Assembly (NCBI GenBank): GCA_963744995.1
Contig: CAVUWA010000009.1
Coordinates: forward strand, 388,392 to 452,391
DNA: 64,000 nucleotides
Origin: Candidatus Eiseniibacteriota bacterium
GTDB lineage: Bacteria; Eisenbacteria; RBG-16-71-46
Direction: 5' to 3'
The position numbers and the translations under genes were made by a program. Each line of letters opens with the position of its first letter. The first letter of the stretch is position 1. Positions 9,619 through 20,888 of the stretch are shown piece after piece. The notes beneath the pieces were generated by a model. The model worked only from the letters and a program-made list of their open reading frames with translations, searched no databases and was not told the origin of the DNA.

Positions 9619-10298
9619 ACGTGTCTCATGACTGGAGCGTGTGGATCGCGGCCCTGCTGACGCTCTTCATCCTCAGCTTCGTCTACAAGGACAACCCGTT
9701 CTACAAGTTCGCCGAGCACCTCTTCGTCGGCGTGTCGGCCGGCTACTGGATGATCCTCAACTTCTGGACGGTGATCTATCCGAACCTCTATGAGCCGCTG
9801 CGGCAGGCGCTCCACGGACACGGTGTCGACGCCTCGCGGGTGGGGATGTTCGCAGCGGAACAGGGGGACTATCGCGGTTTCCTGATTCTGCCCGGCGTCC
9901 TCGGCGTCCTGCTGTTCACGCGGCTGTTCGGGAAGATCGGCTGGATGTCGCGGCTGTCGCTGGCGATGATCATCGGGGTCTACGTGGGCATCAAGACCAC
10001 CGGCTTCGCGCAGGGCGATTTCGTGGAGCAGGTGCGCGCCAGCATGCAGCCGCTGTGGACGGGGTCGATCGGCCACAGCGTGAACGCGATCCTCTTCACG
10101 ATCGGCCTGATCTGCTCGCTGTTGTTCTTCTTCTTCAGCCGCGAGCACAAAGGCGCGCTGGGGATCGCCTCGAAGATCGGCGTCTACTTCCTGATGGTCG
10201 GTTTCGGCGCGGGCTATGGCTACACGGTGATGTCGCGCATTTCGCTGCTGATCGGACGTTTCCAGTTCCTGCTCCATGACTGGCTCGGCATCACCTGA
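9615..10298 (+). CDS. Polytopic membrane protein (module B')
   Basis: GTG overlaps the upstream stop (GTGA). Multi-TM. Paralogous to 8135-8785. Confidence 0.6.
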   Translation: MNVSHDWSVWIAALLTLFILSFVYKDNPFYKFAEHLFVGVSAGYWMILNFWTVIYPNLYEPLRQALHGHGVDASRVGMFAAEQGDYRGFLILPGVLGVLLFTRLFGKIGWMSRLSLAMIIGVYVGIKTTGFAQGDFVEQVRASMQPLWTGSIGHSVNAILFTIGLICSLLFFFFSREHKGALGIASKIGVYFLMVGFGAGYGYTVMSRISLLIGRFQFLLHDWLGIT

Positions 10299-10325
10299 TC
10301 CGCGTTCCGCCCCGGCCGTTCCGGC

Positions 10326-10358
10326 GCCCCCGGCCGCACGCCGGGGGTTTCGCGTTTC
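10326..10358 (+). terminator. Candidate intrinsic terminator after the membrane cluster
   Basis: Hairpin cccccggc/cgcac/gccggggg followed by tttcgcgtttc. Confidence 0.5.
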
Positions 10359-11141
10359 ATGGACGGGGTCCCGGTGATCCTGTGGGCCGACGGACGCCAC
10401 GGCGCAGTCGAGAACATGCGCCGCGACGGGGCGCTGCTCGACCGCCTCAAATCCGGCGCGGACGCCGAGGCCGTGCTGCGGATCTACGGCTTCGCCCCGC
10501 CGGGCATCACCCTGGGGCTCGCGCAGCGGGCCGAGCGCGAACTCGACCTCGAGGCGTGCCGTACGGACGGCGTCGAATGGGCGGTGCGGCCGACCGGAGG
10601 CCGCGCGATCTACCACGACGAGGAGTGGACCTACGCGCTGGCGGCCCGCATCGAGGATCCCTCGTGGGGGGGCACGCTGCGTGAGGCCTACGCGCGCGGC
10701 TCGGCGCTGATCGTGGCCGCGCTCAATGGGATCGGGATTCCGGCCGAGCTCGCCGCCCGTGAGCGCCGCGATCCCGCGGACGGCCCGCGGCGGCCGGGTG
10801 GGGGGGCGTCGGCGCCCTGCTTCGCGTCGACCGCCCGCCACGAGATCGTGCTCGCCGGACGCAAGCTGGTCGGCAGTGCCCAGCGGCGCACGGCGCGCGC
10901 GCTGCTCCAGCAGGGCAGCATTCTGCTCGGGCCGTCGCACCGGCGCCTGGCGCGCTACATGGCCGTCTCCAGCGCCCGCGATCGGGCCAGAGGGCAGCTC
11001 GAGGGCGGCGCGGCGGAAGCCGGGCCACCGTGGCGGGCCGGCGATCCCGCGCCGTTCGCGAACGCTCTCGCGAAGACGATCGGCGATTCAGTCCGGCGCC
11101 TGGACGGCGACGCCGGGCTGCGCCTGTTGACCATCGCGTGA
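10359..11141 (+). CDS. Lipoate-protein ligase / octanoyltransferase family protein (BPL_LplA_LipB catalytic domain)
   Basis: GRKLVGSAQRR ... QQGSILL motifs typical of LplA/LipB. The start could instead be GTG 10374, because the terminator abuts 10359. Confidence 0.7.
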   Translation: MDGVPVILWADGRHGAVENMRRDGALLDRLKSGADAEAVLRIYGFAPPGITLGLAQRAERELDLEACRTDGVEWAVRPTGGRAIYHDEEWTYALAARIEDPSWGGTLREAYARGSALIVAALNGIGIPAELAARERRDPADGPRRPGGGASAPCFASTARHEIVLAGRKLVGSAQRRTARALLQQGSILLGPSHRRLARYMAVSSARDRARGQLEGGAAEAGPPWRAGDPAPFANALAKTIGDSVRRLDGDAGLRLLTIA

Positions 11142-11157
11142 GCGGCTCCCTATGCTC
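11128..11157 (+). promoter_or_regulatory. Candidate sigma70 promoter TTGACC-N18-TATGCT for the first SBP gene
   Basis: Read directly from sequence. Resembles the promoter upstream of the second SBP. Confidence 0.4.
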
Positions 11158-11217
11158 GGCCGGCATGAACCCATCGGGACCCTTTGCGCTGTATTCGCCC
11201 TACGAGGAGACAACGTC

Positions 11218-13083
11218 ATGATGCGTCGATTCAGCCGCGCCGGCCGATTCACCGGTCTGGCGCTCACCGTGCTCGCCCTGAGCATCGCCGGCTGTTCGGG
11301 CCGGAGCGGGCAGGCCGCGCAGTCCCACGTGGACGACAAGCCCGTGCCCGAGGACGAGCTGATCCCGCGCATGAAGGAGACCGGCGCCTACGGCGGCCGT
11401 TTCGTGATCGGCACCACGTCCGCCCCCAAGACGTTCAACGCGATCATGGCGAACGAGACGTCATCGTCGGACGTGAACAATCTGATGTTCATCACGCTCG
11501 CGGACTACGACAACGGGACCCAGCAGGACATTCCGAGCCTCGCCAAGACCTGGGACATCAGCGACGACGGCCTCACCTACACATGGCACCTGCGGCACGG
11601 CGCGCGTTTCTCGGACGGTGTGCCGATCACCAGCGCCGACGTGCTGTTCTCGTTCGACGTGGCGTACGACGAAACGCTGCACCCTTCGATCCAGGACCTG
11701 CTGATCATCGGCGGCAAGAAGATGGAAGTGTCGGCGCCCGACTCCTACACGGTCGTCACGAAGATCGTGAGCCCCTACGCGCTCATGGTGCCGGCGGTCG
11801 GCTCGCTGCGCATCATGCCGAAGCACACGCTCGAGGCCGCGTTCAAGTCGGGCAATTTCGCGTCGGCCTACGCCGTGAGCGATCCTCCCGACTCGATCGT
11901 GGTGAGCGGCCCGTTCAGGGTGAAGTCGTATTCGCCCGGCGAGAAGGTCGTGCTCACCGGCAACCCCTACTGGTACGGCTTCGACGCGAAGGGCCAGCGG
12001 CTGCCGTACCTGGACGAGCTGGTCTTCCTCGTCGTTCCGGACCAGAACACGGCGTCGCTCAAGTTCCAGGCCGGCGAGCTGGACGGCCTCGACAACGTGA
12101 AGCCCGAGGACTACGCCGCGTACGAGGAGGGGCAGAAGGCCGGGAACTACACGCTCTACGACCTCGGCCCGTCCCTGAGCACCAACTTCTTCTGGTTCAA
12201 CCTCAACCGGGTGCGCGAGCCGAAGGCCGGCAAGAAGATCGGTGATCCGCAGATCGATCCGGTCAAGTACGCGTGGTTCGTCCAGCCGGACTTCCGCCGC
12301 GCGGTGTCCATGGCGATCGACCGCGACGCGATCATCCGCGGCCCGTTCTACGGGGATGCGGTCAAGAACTGGTCCGTGCTCACCGTCAGCAGCAAACTCT
12401 GGCACACCCAGGACCTCGGCAAATGGGACTACGACGTCGAGGCCGCGAAGAAGCTGCTGGATGGCCTGCAGATGATCGACCGCGACGGGGACGGGACCCG
12501 CGAGGACGCCAGCGGACACCCGATCGAGTTCTCGATCAAAACCAACGGTGACAACGTGACCCGCGTCGCGATGTGCAACTTCATCCGCGAGGACCTCGCC
12601 AAAGTCGGCATCCGCCTCACGCTGACGCCCGTGGACTTCAACACGCTGATCAGCAATCTGCGGCAGGACTTCCAGTACGAGGCCTGTCTGCTCGGCCTCG
12701 GCAGTGCGGTGCCGTCCGATCCGGGCATGGGGCAGAACGTGTGGCGCTCGAGCGGCCTCACGCATTACTGGGACATCAAGCAGCCGCGGCCCGAGACACC
12801 GGCCGAGGCACAGATCGACAAGCTGGTGGACGAGAACATCGCCACCACCGACATGGACGTGCGCAAGCGCACCTGGCACGAGATCGACCACATCCTCGAG
12901 GACCAGTGCTGGATCGAGTGGCTGCCGGTCGCGATCATCAAGCTGCCGATCAGCAACCGGTTCGGCAATCTCGAGCCGACCATCATTCCGCACCGCATCC
13001 TGTGGAACATCGACCGGGTGTTCCTGAAGAGCGCGGCGCAGCGTGCGGCGAAGGAGAATCCCGCGGAGCAGCACGGCGCCTGA
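11218..13083 (+). CDS. ABC transporter substrate-binding lipoprotein, peptide/nickel (family 5) type
   Basis: MMRRFSRAGRFTGLALTVLALSIAGCSG lipoprotein signal. YGGRFVIGTTSAPKTFNAIMANETSSSDV. RBS gaggag upstream. Confidence 0.85.
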   Translation: MMRRFSRAGRFTGLALTVLALSIAGCSGRSGQAAQSHVDDKPVPEDELIPRMKETGAYGGRFVIGTTSAPKTFNAIMANETSSSDVNNLMFITLADYDNGTQQDIPSLAKTWDISDDGLTYTWHLRHGARFSDGVPITSADVLFSFDVAYDETLHPSIQDLLIIGGKKMEVSAPDSYTVVTKIVSPYALMVPAVGSLRIMPKHTLEAAFKSGNFASAYAVSDPPDSIVVSGPFRVKSYSPGEKVVLTGNPYWYGFDAKGQRLPYLDELVFLVVPDQNTASLKFQAGELDGLDNVKPEDYAAYEEGQKAGNYTLYDLGPSLSTNFFWFNLNRVREPKAGKKIGDPQIDPVKYAWFVQPDFRRAVSMAIDRDAIIRGPFYGDAVKNWSVLTVSSKLWHTQDLGKWDYDVEAAKKLLDGLQMIDRDGDGTREDASGHPIEFSIKTNGDNVTRVAMCNFIREDLAKVGIRLTLTPVDFNTLISNLRQDFQYEACLLGLGSAVPSDPGMGQNVWRSSGLTHYWDIKQPRPETPAEAQIDKLVDENIATTDMDVRKRTWHEIDHILEDQCWIEWLPVAIIKLPISNRFGNLEPTIIPHRILWNIDRVFLKSAAQRAAKENPAEQHGA

Positions 13084-13110
13084 AACCGAGCGATCGGCGC
13101 GGATGATCGA

Positions 13111-13141
13111 GGGCGGCCCGGTGGGGCCGCCCTTGACCTTT
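13111..13141 (+). terminator. Candidate intrinsic terminator after the first SBP gene
   Basis: gggcggccc/ggtg/gggccgccc followed by ttgaccttt. Confidence 0.5.
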
Positions 13142-13210
13142 CAATGACACCCACCGCGCCACAGTGAATGAATGACGCGCCCAGGCGGGTCGAGCGTGAG
13201 CCGCTTTGTG

Positions 13211-13240
13211 TTGACCCATCCGAAGCGGGCTCCCTATACT
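13211..13240 (+). promoter_or_regulatory. Candidate sigma70 promoter TTGACC-N18-TATACT for the second SBP gene
   Basis: Strong -10 TATACT. Spacer gcgggctccc resembles the first SBP promoter spacer. Confidence 0.45.
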
Positions 13241-13289
13241 CCGGCGGGCCTGTGTAACCGCTGTTCGCACAACACCTGAGGGAGGGTGA

Positions 13290-15116
13290 ATGAAGTTCGC
13301 TCGCCGTTGGATCCGCTGCCTCGCCGCCGTACTGGCCGTTCCACTGGCCCTGACGGGGTGCGGGGGCGCGAGCAGCCGGGCGAGCGTGACCTACCAGGAC
13401 ACGCATCCGCTTCCGGCCGATACCATGATGGTCCCGGTGCGCGAGATCGGCGTCTATGGCGGCCGGTTCGTCATCGGTCAGACCAACCCGCCCAAGACCT
13501 TCAACGCGATCATGGCGAACGAGACGTCGTCCAGCGACGTCACCCAGCAGCTGTTCACCGTGCTCGCCGACTACGACAACGGCAGCCAGACGACCTACCC
13601 GGCGCTGGCGAAGTCCTGGGACGTGAGCGACGACGGGCTCACCTACACCTGGCACCTGCGCCACGGCGCCCGCTTCTCGGACGGCGTGCCGATCACCAGC
13701 GCGGACGTACTGTTCTCGTTCGAGGTCGCCTACGACGAAACGCTGCATCCCTCGATCCAGGACCTGCTGCTCGCGGGGGGCAGGAAGTTCGAGGTCACGG
13801 CGCCCGACTCGTTCACGGTGGTGATGAAGATCGCGACGCCGTACGCGCTGCTGGTGCCGGCAGTGGGGTCGCTCAGAATCATGCCGAAGCACGTGCTGGA
13901 ATCAACGTATCGGAGCGGCGACTTCGCGGCCGCCTACTCCGTCAGCATCGACCCCGACAGCCTGGTGACCAGCGGGCCGTGGCGGCTCGAGGAATACGTG
14001 CCCAACGAGAAGACGGTGCTCACCCGCAATCCCTACTGGTTCGGCGTGGACCCGGAGGGCCACCGGCTGCCCTACCTCGACGAGCTGGTGTTCCTCATCG
14101 TCCCCGACCAGAACACCGCGGCACTCAAGTTCCAGGCCGGCGATCTCGACGGCCTCGACAACGTCAAGGCCGAGGACTACCAGACCTTCGAAGAGGGCCA
14201 GAAGAAGGGCGACTACACGCTCTACGACCTCGGCCCCGCGCTCAACACCAACTTCTTCTGGTTCAACCTCAACAGGGTCCGCGAAGCCGGCAACGGCAGG
14301 CACGTCGGCGACCCCCAGGTCGGCGCGGTCAAGTACGCGTGGTTCAGCAAGCCGGAGTTCCGCCAGGCGGTCTCGATGGCGATCGACCGCCAGGCGATGA
14401 TCAACGGTCCGTTCTATGGCGAGGCCGTGCCCAACTGGTCGCAGATGACCCCGGGCAACAAGGTGTGGGGCAACAATCCCGACCTGAAGCCATGGAACTA
14501 CGACCCCGAGGCCGCGAAGGCGAAGCTCGACGCGCTCGGGTACGTGGACCGCGACGGCGATGGCATCCGCGAGGATCCGGCGGGGCACGAGATCGAATTC
14601 AGCCTGAAGACCAACAGCGACAACCTGGTGCGCATCGCGCTGTGCAACCTGATCGCCGATGATCTGCGCAAGGTCGGCATCAAGACCACGCTGACACCGG
14701 TGGACTTCAATACCCTGATTTCCAACCTGCGCCAGGACTTCCAGTACGACGCGATCCTGCTCGGGCTGCAGGCGGGCGTGCCGCCGGATCCGGCGATGGG
14801 GCAGAACGTCTGGCGCTCGAGCGGGCTCACCCACTTCTGGGATATCAAGCAGCCGCATCCCGAGACCGCGGCCGAGGCCCAGATCGACCATCTGCTCGAC
14901 ATCAACATCGGCACCGCCGACATGAAAGTGCGGCTCGCGGCGTGGCGCCAGATCGAGGCGCTCCTGACGAAGGAGTGCTTCGTCGTCTGGCTGCCGACGC
15001 TCAAGGCGAAGGTGCCCGTGCGCAACCGCTTCGGCAACGTCGAGCCGACGGTGATTCCGCACCGCATCATCTGGAACATCGACCGGGTGTTCGTCAAACC
15101 GCGCCAGCGCGCCTGA
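13290..15116 (+). CDS. ABC transporter substrate-binding lipoprotein (tandem paralog of the previous SBP)
   Basis: LALTGCGG lipobox. YGGRFVIGQTNPPKTFNAIMANETSSSDV. Collinear similarity to the preceding SBP over the whole length. Confidence 0.85.
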   Translation: MKFARRWIRCLAAVLAVPLALTGCGGASSRASVTYQDTHPLPADTMMVPVREIGVYGGRFVIGQTNPPKTFNAIMANETSSSDVTQQLFTVLADYDNGSQTTYPALAKSWDVSDDGLTYTWHLRHGARFSDGVPITSADVLFSFEVAYDETLHPSIQDLLLAGGRKFEVTAPDSFTVVMKIATPYALLVPAVGSLRIMPKHVLESTYRSGDFAAAYSVSIDPDSLVTSGPWRLEEYVPNEKTVLTRNPYWFGVDPEGHRLPYLDELVFLIVPDQNTAALKFQAGDLDGLDNVKAEDYQTFEEGQKKGDYTLYDLGPALNTNFFWFNLNRVREAGNGRHVGDPQVGAVKYAWFSKPEFRQAVSMAIDRQAMINGPFYGEAVPNWSQMTPGNKVWGNNPDLKPWNYDPEAAKAKLDALGYVDRDGDGIREDPAGHEIEFSLKTNSDNLVRIALCNLIADDLRKVGIKTTLTPVDFNTLISNLRQDFQYDAILLGLQAGVPPDPAMGQNVWRSSGLTHFWDIKQPHPETAAEAQIDHLLDINIGTADMKVRLAAWRQIEALLTKECFVVWLPTLKAKVPVRNRFGNVEPTVIPHRIIWNIDRVFVKPRQRA

Positions 15117-15125
15117 ACGGTCGAC

Positions 15126-16094
15126 GTGCGCACCTACATCATCCGCCGCCTGCTCCAGACGATTCCGCTGATGCTCGGCATCTCGGCGCTGACGTTCCTG
15201 CTGCTGCAGCTCACACCCGGCGACTTCCTCAACCAGATGGCCGAAAATCCGGCGATCTCCTCGGCGACGCTGGAGGCCATGCGCAGCCGCTTCGGGCTCG
15301 ACCAGCCCTGGTACGCGCAGTACTTCCTCTATCTCAAGAACGTCTTCCTCCATTTCGATTTCGGCCAGTCGTTCTCGCGCCATCAGCCGGTGTTCCTCGT
15401 CCTGAAGGAGGGCCTGCTCAACACGCTGCTGCTGGCCTCCTCCGCCGCCGTCGTCACCTGGGCCCTGGCGATCCCGCTGGGCGTCTGGGCCGCGGTGCGA
15501 CAGTACTCGTGGATCGACAAGGGCCTCTCGATGCTGGCGTTCGTCTGGCTGTCGATCCCGGAGGTGCTCTCCGGTCTGCTGCTGCTGCTGCTGGCGGCGC
15601 GGACCGGGTGGTTCCCGGTGGGCGGGATGCGCTCGATCGACTGGCAGGACCTCGATACCATGGGGCGCGTACTCGACCTGCTCCACCATCTGGCGTTGCC
15701 GGCGCTCGTGGTCGGACTGATTCCGCTCGCGAGCCGGATGCGACAGATGCGCGCGAACCTGCTCGACGTCCTGCGCCTCGACTACGTCACGACCGCGCGG
15801 GCCAAGGGGCTCGACGAGAACGTCGTGATCTTCAAGCACGCCCTGCGCAACGCGCTCAACCCGCTGATCACCCTGTTCGGATTCACCCTCGGCTATCTGC
15901 TCTCGGGCTCGTTCATCGCGGAGATCATCTTCTCGTGGCCCGGCCTCGGGCGGCTGACGCTCGACGCGCTGCTCACCCAGGACCAGTACCTGGTGATGGG
16001 ATCCGTGTTGATGGCGTCCGCCATGCTGGTGCTCGGCAACCTGATCGCCGACCTGCTGCTGGCGATCGCCGATCCAAGGATCGCGTATGACTGA
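15126..16094 (+). CDS. ABC transporter permease (DppB/OppB-like)
   Basis: 322 aa, multi-TM, binding-protein-dependent transport motif region. Confidence 0.9.
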   Translation: MRTYIIRRLLQTIPLMLGISALTFLLLQLTPGDFLNQMAENPAISSATLEAMRSRFGLDQPWYAQYFLYLKNVFLHFDFGQSFSRHQPVFLVLKEGLLNTLLLASSAAVVTWALAIPLGVWAAVRQYSWIDKGLSMLAFVWLSIPEVLSGLLLLLLAARTGWFPVGGMRSIDWQDLDTMGRVLDLLHHLALPALVVGLIPLASRMRQMRANLLDVLRLDYVTTARAKGLDENVVIFKHALRNALNPLITLFGFTLGYLLSGSFIAEIIFSWPGLGRLTLDALLTQDQYLVMGSVLMASAMLVLGNLIADLLLAIADPRIAYD

Positions 16095-17213
16095 GACGCT
16101 CGACCGGACCGCCGACGAGCTGCTCGACGAGGCGCCGCCGCAGTCGCCGACCCAGATGTTCTGGCGTTCGATCCGGCGCACGCCGATCGCCATCGTGTCC
16201 GGCATCATGCTGGGGGTGTTCTACCTGATGGCGCTGCTGGCGCCGTTCCTCGCCCCGTATTCGCAGGAGGTCATGGATCGCGAACGGTTCTTCCACCCGC
16301 CGCATCACCTGCACTGGGTGGACGCGGGCGGACACTTCCATGCCCTGCCGTTCATCCATCCGATGACCCAGAAGGCCGGCTTCCACTACACCGAGGATCG
16401 ATCCGTGGTGGTGCCGGTGCGCTTCTTCGTGAAGGGCGAGCCCTACCGGCTGTTCGGACTGATCCCGACGGACCGCCACCTGTACGGGGTGGACCCGCCA
16501 TACCGCATCTACCTGCTGGGCACCGATCCGTTCGGGCGCGACGAGCTGTCGCGGCTGCTGTTCGGCGCGCAGATCTCGCTCACGGTGGGCCTCGTGGGCA
16601 TCGCCATCACCTTCACGTTCGGCATGCTGCTCGGCGGCATTTCCGGCTACTTCGGCGGCTGGATCGACACCGGCATCATGCGCTTCACCGAGCTGCTGCT
16701 GAGCATTCCCGGACTCTACCTGCTGATCGCGCTGCGCCAGGTGTTCCCCTCGGACATGCCGAGCACCCAGGTCTACCTGGGGATCATCGCCATCCTGTCG
16801 TTCATCGGCTGGGCCGCGCTCGCCCGCATCATCCGCGGCATGGTCCTGTCGATCCGTCGCCAGGAGTACGTCACGGCCGCCGAGGCGCTCGGCGTGGGCC
16901 GCCTCCGCATCATTTCCCGTCACATCCTGCCCAACACCATGTCGTTCGTCCTCGTCGCCGCGACGATCTCCGTTCCCGCGTACATCCTCGGTGAAGTGGT
17001 GCTGTCGTTCCTCGGTGTGGGGGTGCAGGAGCCGGCCGCCTCGTGGGGCAACATGCTCAATCAGGCGCGCAGCCTGCGGGTGCTCAGTTCGTTCCCGTGG
17101 CTGCTCTGGGCGCCGGGCATCGCCATCTTTCTCACGGTGCTGGCCTACAACTTCCTGGGCGACGGCCTCCGTGACGCCCTCGACCCCCGCAAGGTGCAGG
17201 GAGGAAAGACCGG

Positions 17214-17217
<4 letters not shown>
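16087..17217 (+). CDS. ABC transporter permease (DppC/OppC-like)
   Basis: 376 aa, multi-TM. Overlaps the upstream gene by 8 nt. Confidence 0.9.
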
Positions 17218-19245
<2,028 letters not shown>

Positions 19246-19526
19246 GCCGGCCCCGCGCCGGGTGATTCCCGCGCGTGCCGTGCCGGCACGAACATCCCTG
19301 ACGCAACGTCCAGCCTGCCGGCGCCGGCCGCGCGCGCGCCGGATCGGCTTCCGTGCCGCTCCAGCGCCGGATTCCCCAGCCGCGCCGGGTCGGACGGGGG
19401 AATCGCCCCATCCCGAGCGGCGCAGCGGTCCCGGCGCGCCCCGTGCGGGCGCCCGGGCCCCGTTCCCAATCCCCTGCGGCGCAGTCGCATACGCCCCGCA
19501 CTTCAGGCCCGGGCCGATCCCGGCAC

Positions 19527-19541
19527 CCCGATTGCGTTGAC
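19527..19541 (+). promoter_or_regulatory. Weak sigma54-like -24/-12 element (cGGCAC-N5-TTGCg)
   Basis: GG and GC dinucleotides spaced as in TGGCAC-N5-TTGC. Lies about 400 nt upstream of the BMC operon. Confidence 0.2.
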
Positions 19542-19859
19542 CTTCCGTTGTCGGCCGGACGCCAGCGGCGCCCCGCCGACGCGGACGCGAAGCCCGCCGG
19601 GCCTGCCTCCGCCGCAGCGAAAAAACCGAATGTGTTCCCTGGACGATTCGTGCTTGGCCGGCTGTGGGCTGATCCCCCTATCGCGAGCGAAGGAGTCTTA
19701 CGGTCGCGCACACGGTCGAATCGGGGAACATCTTAGGGCCCCGCGCTCGCCGACCTGCAGCTTGCCAGACATCCCCGAGGCGACCGGGGCCCATCATCTT
19801 CTTCGCTGCCGCGTGATCCCGCCACCGCCCGCCGGAACCCGCTGCGTTGACCCCTTCCG
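19528..19859 (+). repeat. Two direct copies of CCCGnTGCGTTGACC(CC)TTCCG about 310 bp apart in the non-coding leader
   Basis: Copies at 19528-19547 and 19838-19859, read from sequence. Confidence 0.5.
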
Positions 19860-19876
19860 GCAAGCTTGCTAGCGTG
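19848..19876 (+). promoter_or_regulatory. Candidate promoter TTGACC-N17-TAGCGT for the BMC operon
   Basis: The -35 lies within the second repeat copy. Transcript would start about 60 nt upstream of the BMC-H GTG. Confidence 0.3.
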
Positions 19877-19945
19877 CGTCCGCTGACCTGCGGCCGTTCA
19901 CCGTGCCGCGCGAACGTGACGACGTGACCCGGGAGGCGATGCCAG

Positions 19946-20248
19946 GTGGCGGTCGAGTCGCTCGGACTCGTCGAGACGCGAGGCTGGGTGGGGGCGGTGG
20001 AGGCGGCCGACGCCATGTGCAAGGCGGCGTCCGTGCGCCTCGTCCGCTACGAAGTCGTGACCGATGCGTGGGTCACCGTGGTGGTGCGCGGGCCGCTGGC
20101 GGACGTCGAGGCTGCCGTCGCTGCGGGCGCTGCGGCCGCCGGGCGGGTCGGCGAGTGCGTCGTCAGACACGTGATTCCGCGTCCGGATGAACAGCTGGAA
20201 GCACCCATGGGAGGCGCCGCCGCCGCCGGTGGCGCGCCTTCGCCGTGA
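19946..20248 (+). CDS. Bacterial microcompartment shell protein, BMC-H (PduA/EutM/CcmK-like hexamer)
   Basis: GTG start with gggagg RBS 10 nt upstream. [30 protein letters not shown]...VIPRP is a canonical Pfam00936 BMC-domain pattern. Confidence 0.85.
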   Translation: MAVESLGLVETRGWVGAVEAADAMCKAASVRLVRYEVVTDAWVTVVVRGPLADVEAAVAAGAAAAGRVGECVVRHVIPRPDEQLEAPMGGAAAAGGAPSP

Positions 20249-20270
20249 ACCTTCGCCCAAGGAGTCGTCC

Positions 20271-20570
20271 ATGCAGGAAGAAGCGCTGGGCCTGATCGAA
20301 ACACGTGGCTTCGTGGCCATGGTCGAGGCGTCGGACGCGATGGTGAAGGCCGCGCGTGTGGCACTCGTCCACTACGAGAAGATCGGCGGCGGTTACGTGA
20401 CGACCGTGGTGCGCGGCGACGTCGCCGCGGTGCGCGCCGCCACCGAAGCCGGCGCCGCCGCCGCGGCGAAGGTCGGCGAAGTGGTGTCGGTGCACGTGAT
20501 CCCGCGTCCGCACGGCCAGCTCGAGGACGTGCTGCCGATCCGTCGCCCCGAGCCCGCCGGCAAGAAGTAG
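20271..20570 (+). CDS. Bacterial microcompartment shell protein, BMC-H (second paralog)
   Basis: aaggag [61 protein letters not shown]...VHVIPRPH. Confidence 0.85.
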   Translation: MQEEALGLIETRGFVAMVEASDAMVKAARVALVHYEKIGGGYVTTVVRGDVAAVRAATEAGAAAAAKVGEVVSVHVIPRPHGQLEDVLPIRRPEPAGKK

Positions 20571-20579
20571 CGCCGGGAC

Positions 20580-20888
20580 ATGCTGCTCGCGCGGGTCGTG
20601 GGCACCGTGGTGTCCACGCGCAAGGACACCGGCCTCACCGGCCTCAAGCTGCTGCTCGTGCGCGAAGTCGACGCCTCGTTCGAGGCGTCGGGCGCGTTCG
20701 TGGTGGCGGCGGATGCGGTGGGCGCCGGCACCGGTGAGGTGGTGATGATCGCGCAGGGTTCCTCCGCGCGCATGACGGAGGTCTCGCGTGAGAAGCCGGT
20801 GGATGCGGTGATCACCGGCATCGTGGACGCGGTGGAGATCGACGGGCAGGACGTCTACCTCAAGCGTGACACCAGGGCGGCACGCTGA
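20580..20888 (+). CDS. BMC vertex protein, BMC-P (EutN/CcmL/PduN family)
   Basis: MLLARVVGTVVSTRKDTGLTGLKLLLV...AADAVGAGTGEVVMIAQGSSAR has the typical EutN_CcmL signature. Confidence 0.85.
   Translation: MLLARVVGTVVSTRKDTGLTGLKLLLVREVDASFEASGAFVVAADAVGAGTGEVVMIAQGSSARMTEVSREKPVDAVITGIVDAVEIDGQDVYLKRDTRAAR

Noticed and set aside
19262-19872. Small ORFs (92-127 aa) inside the 700 bp leader upstream of the BMC operon
   Set aside because: Pro/Arg/Ala-rich with no RBS or motif. The region is treated as non-coding.
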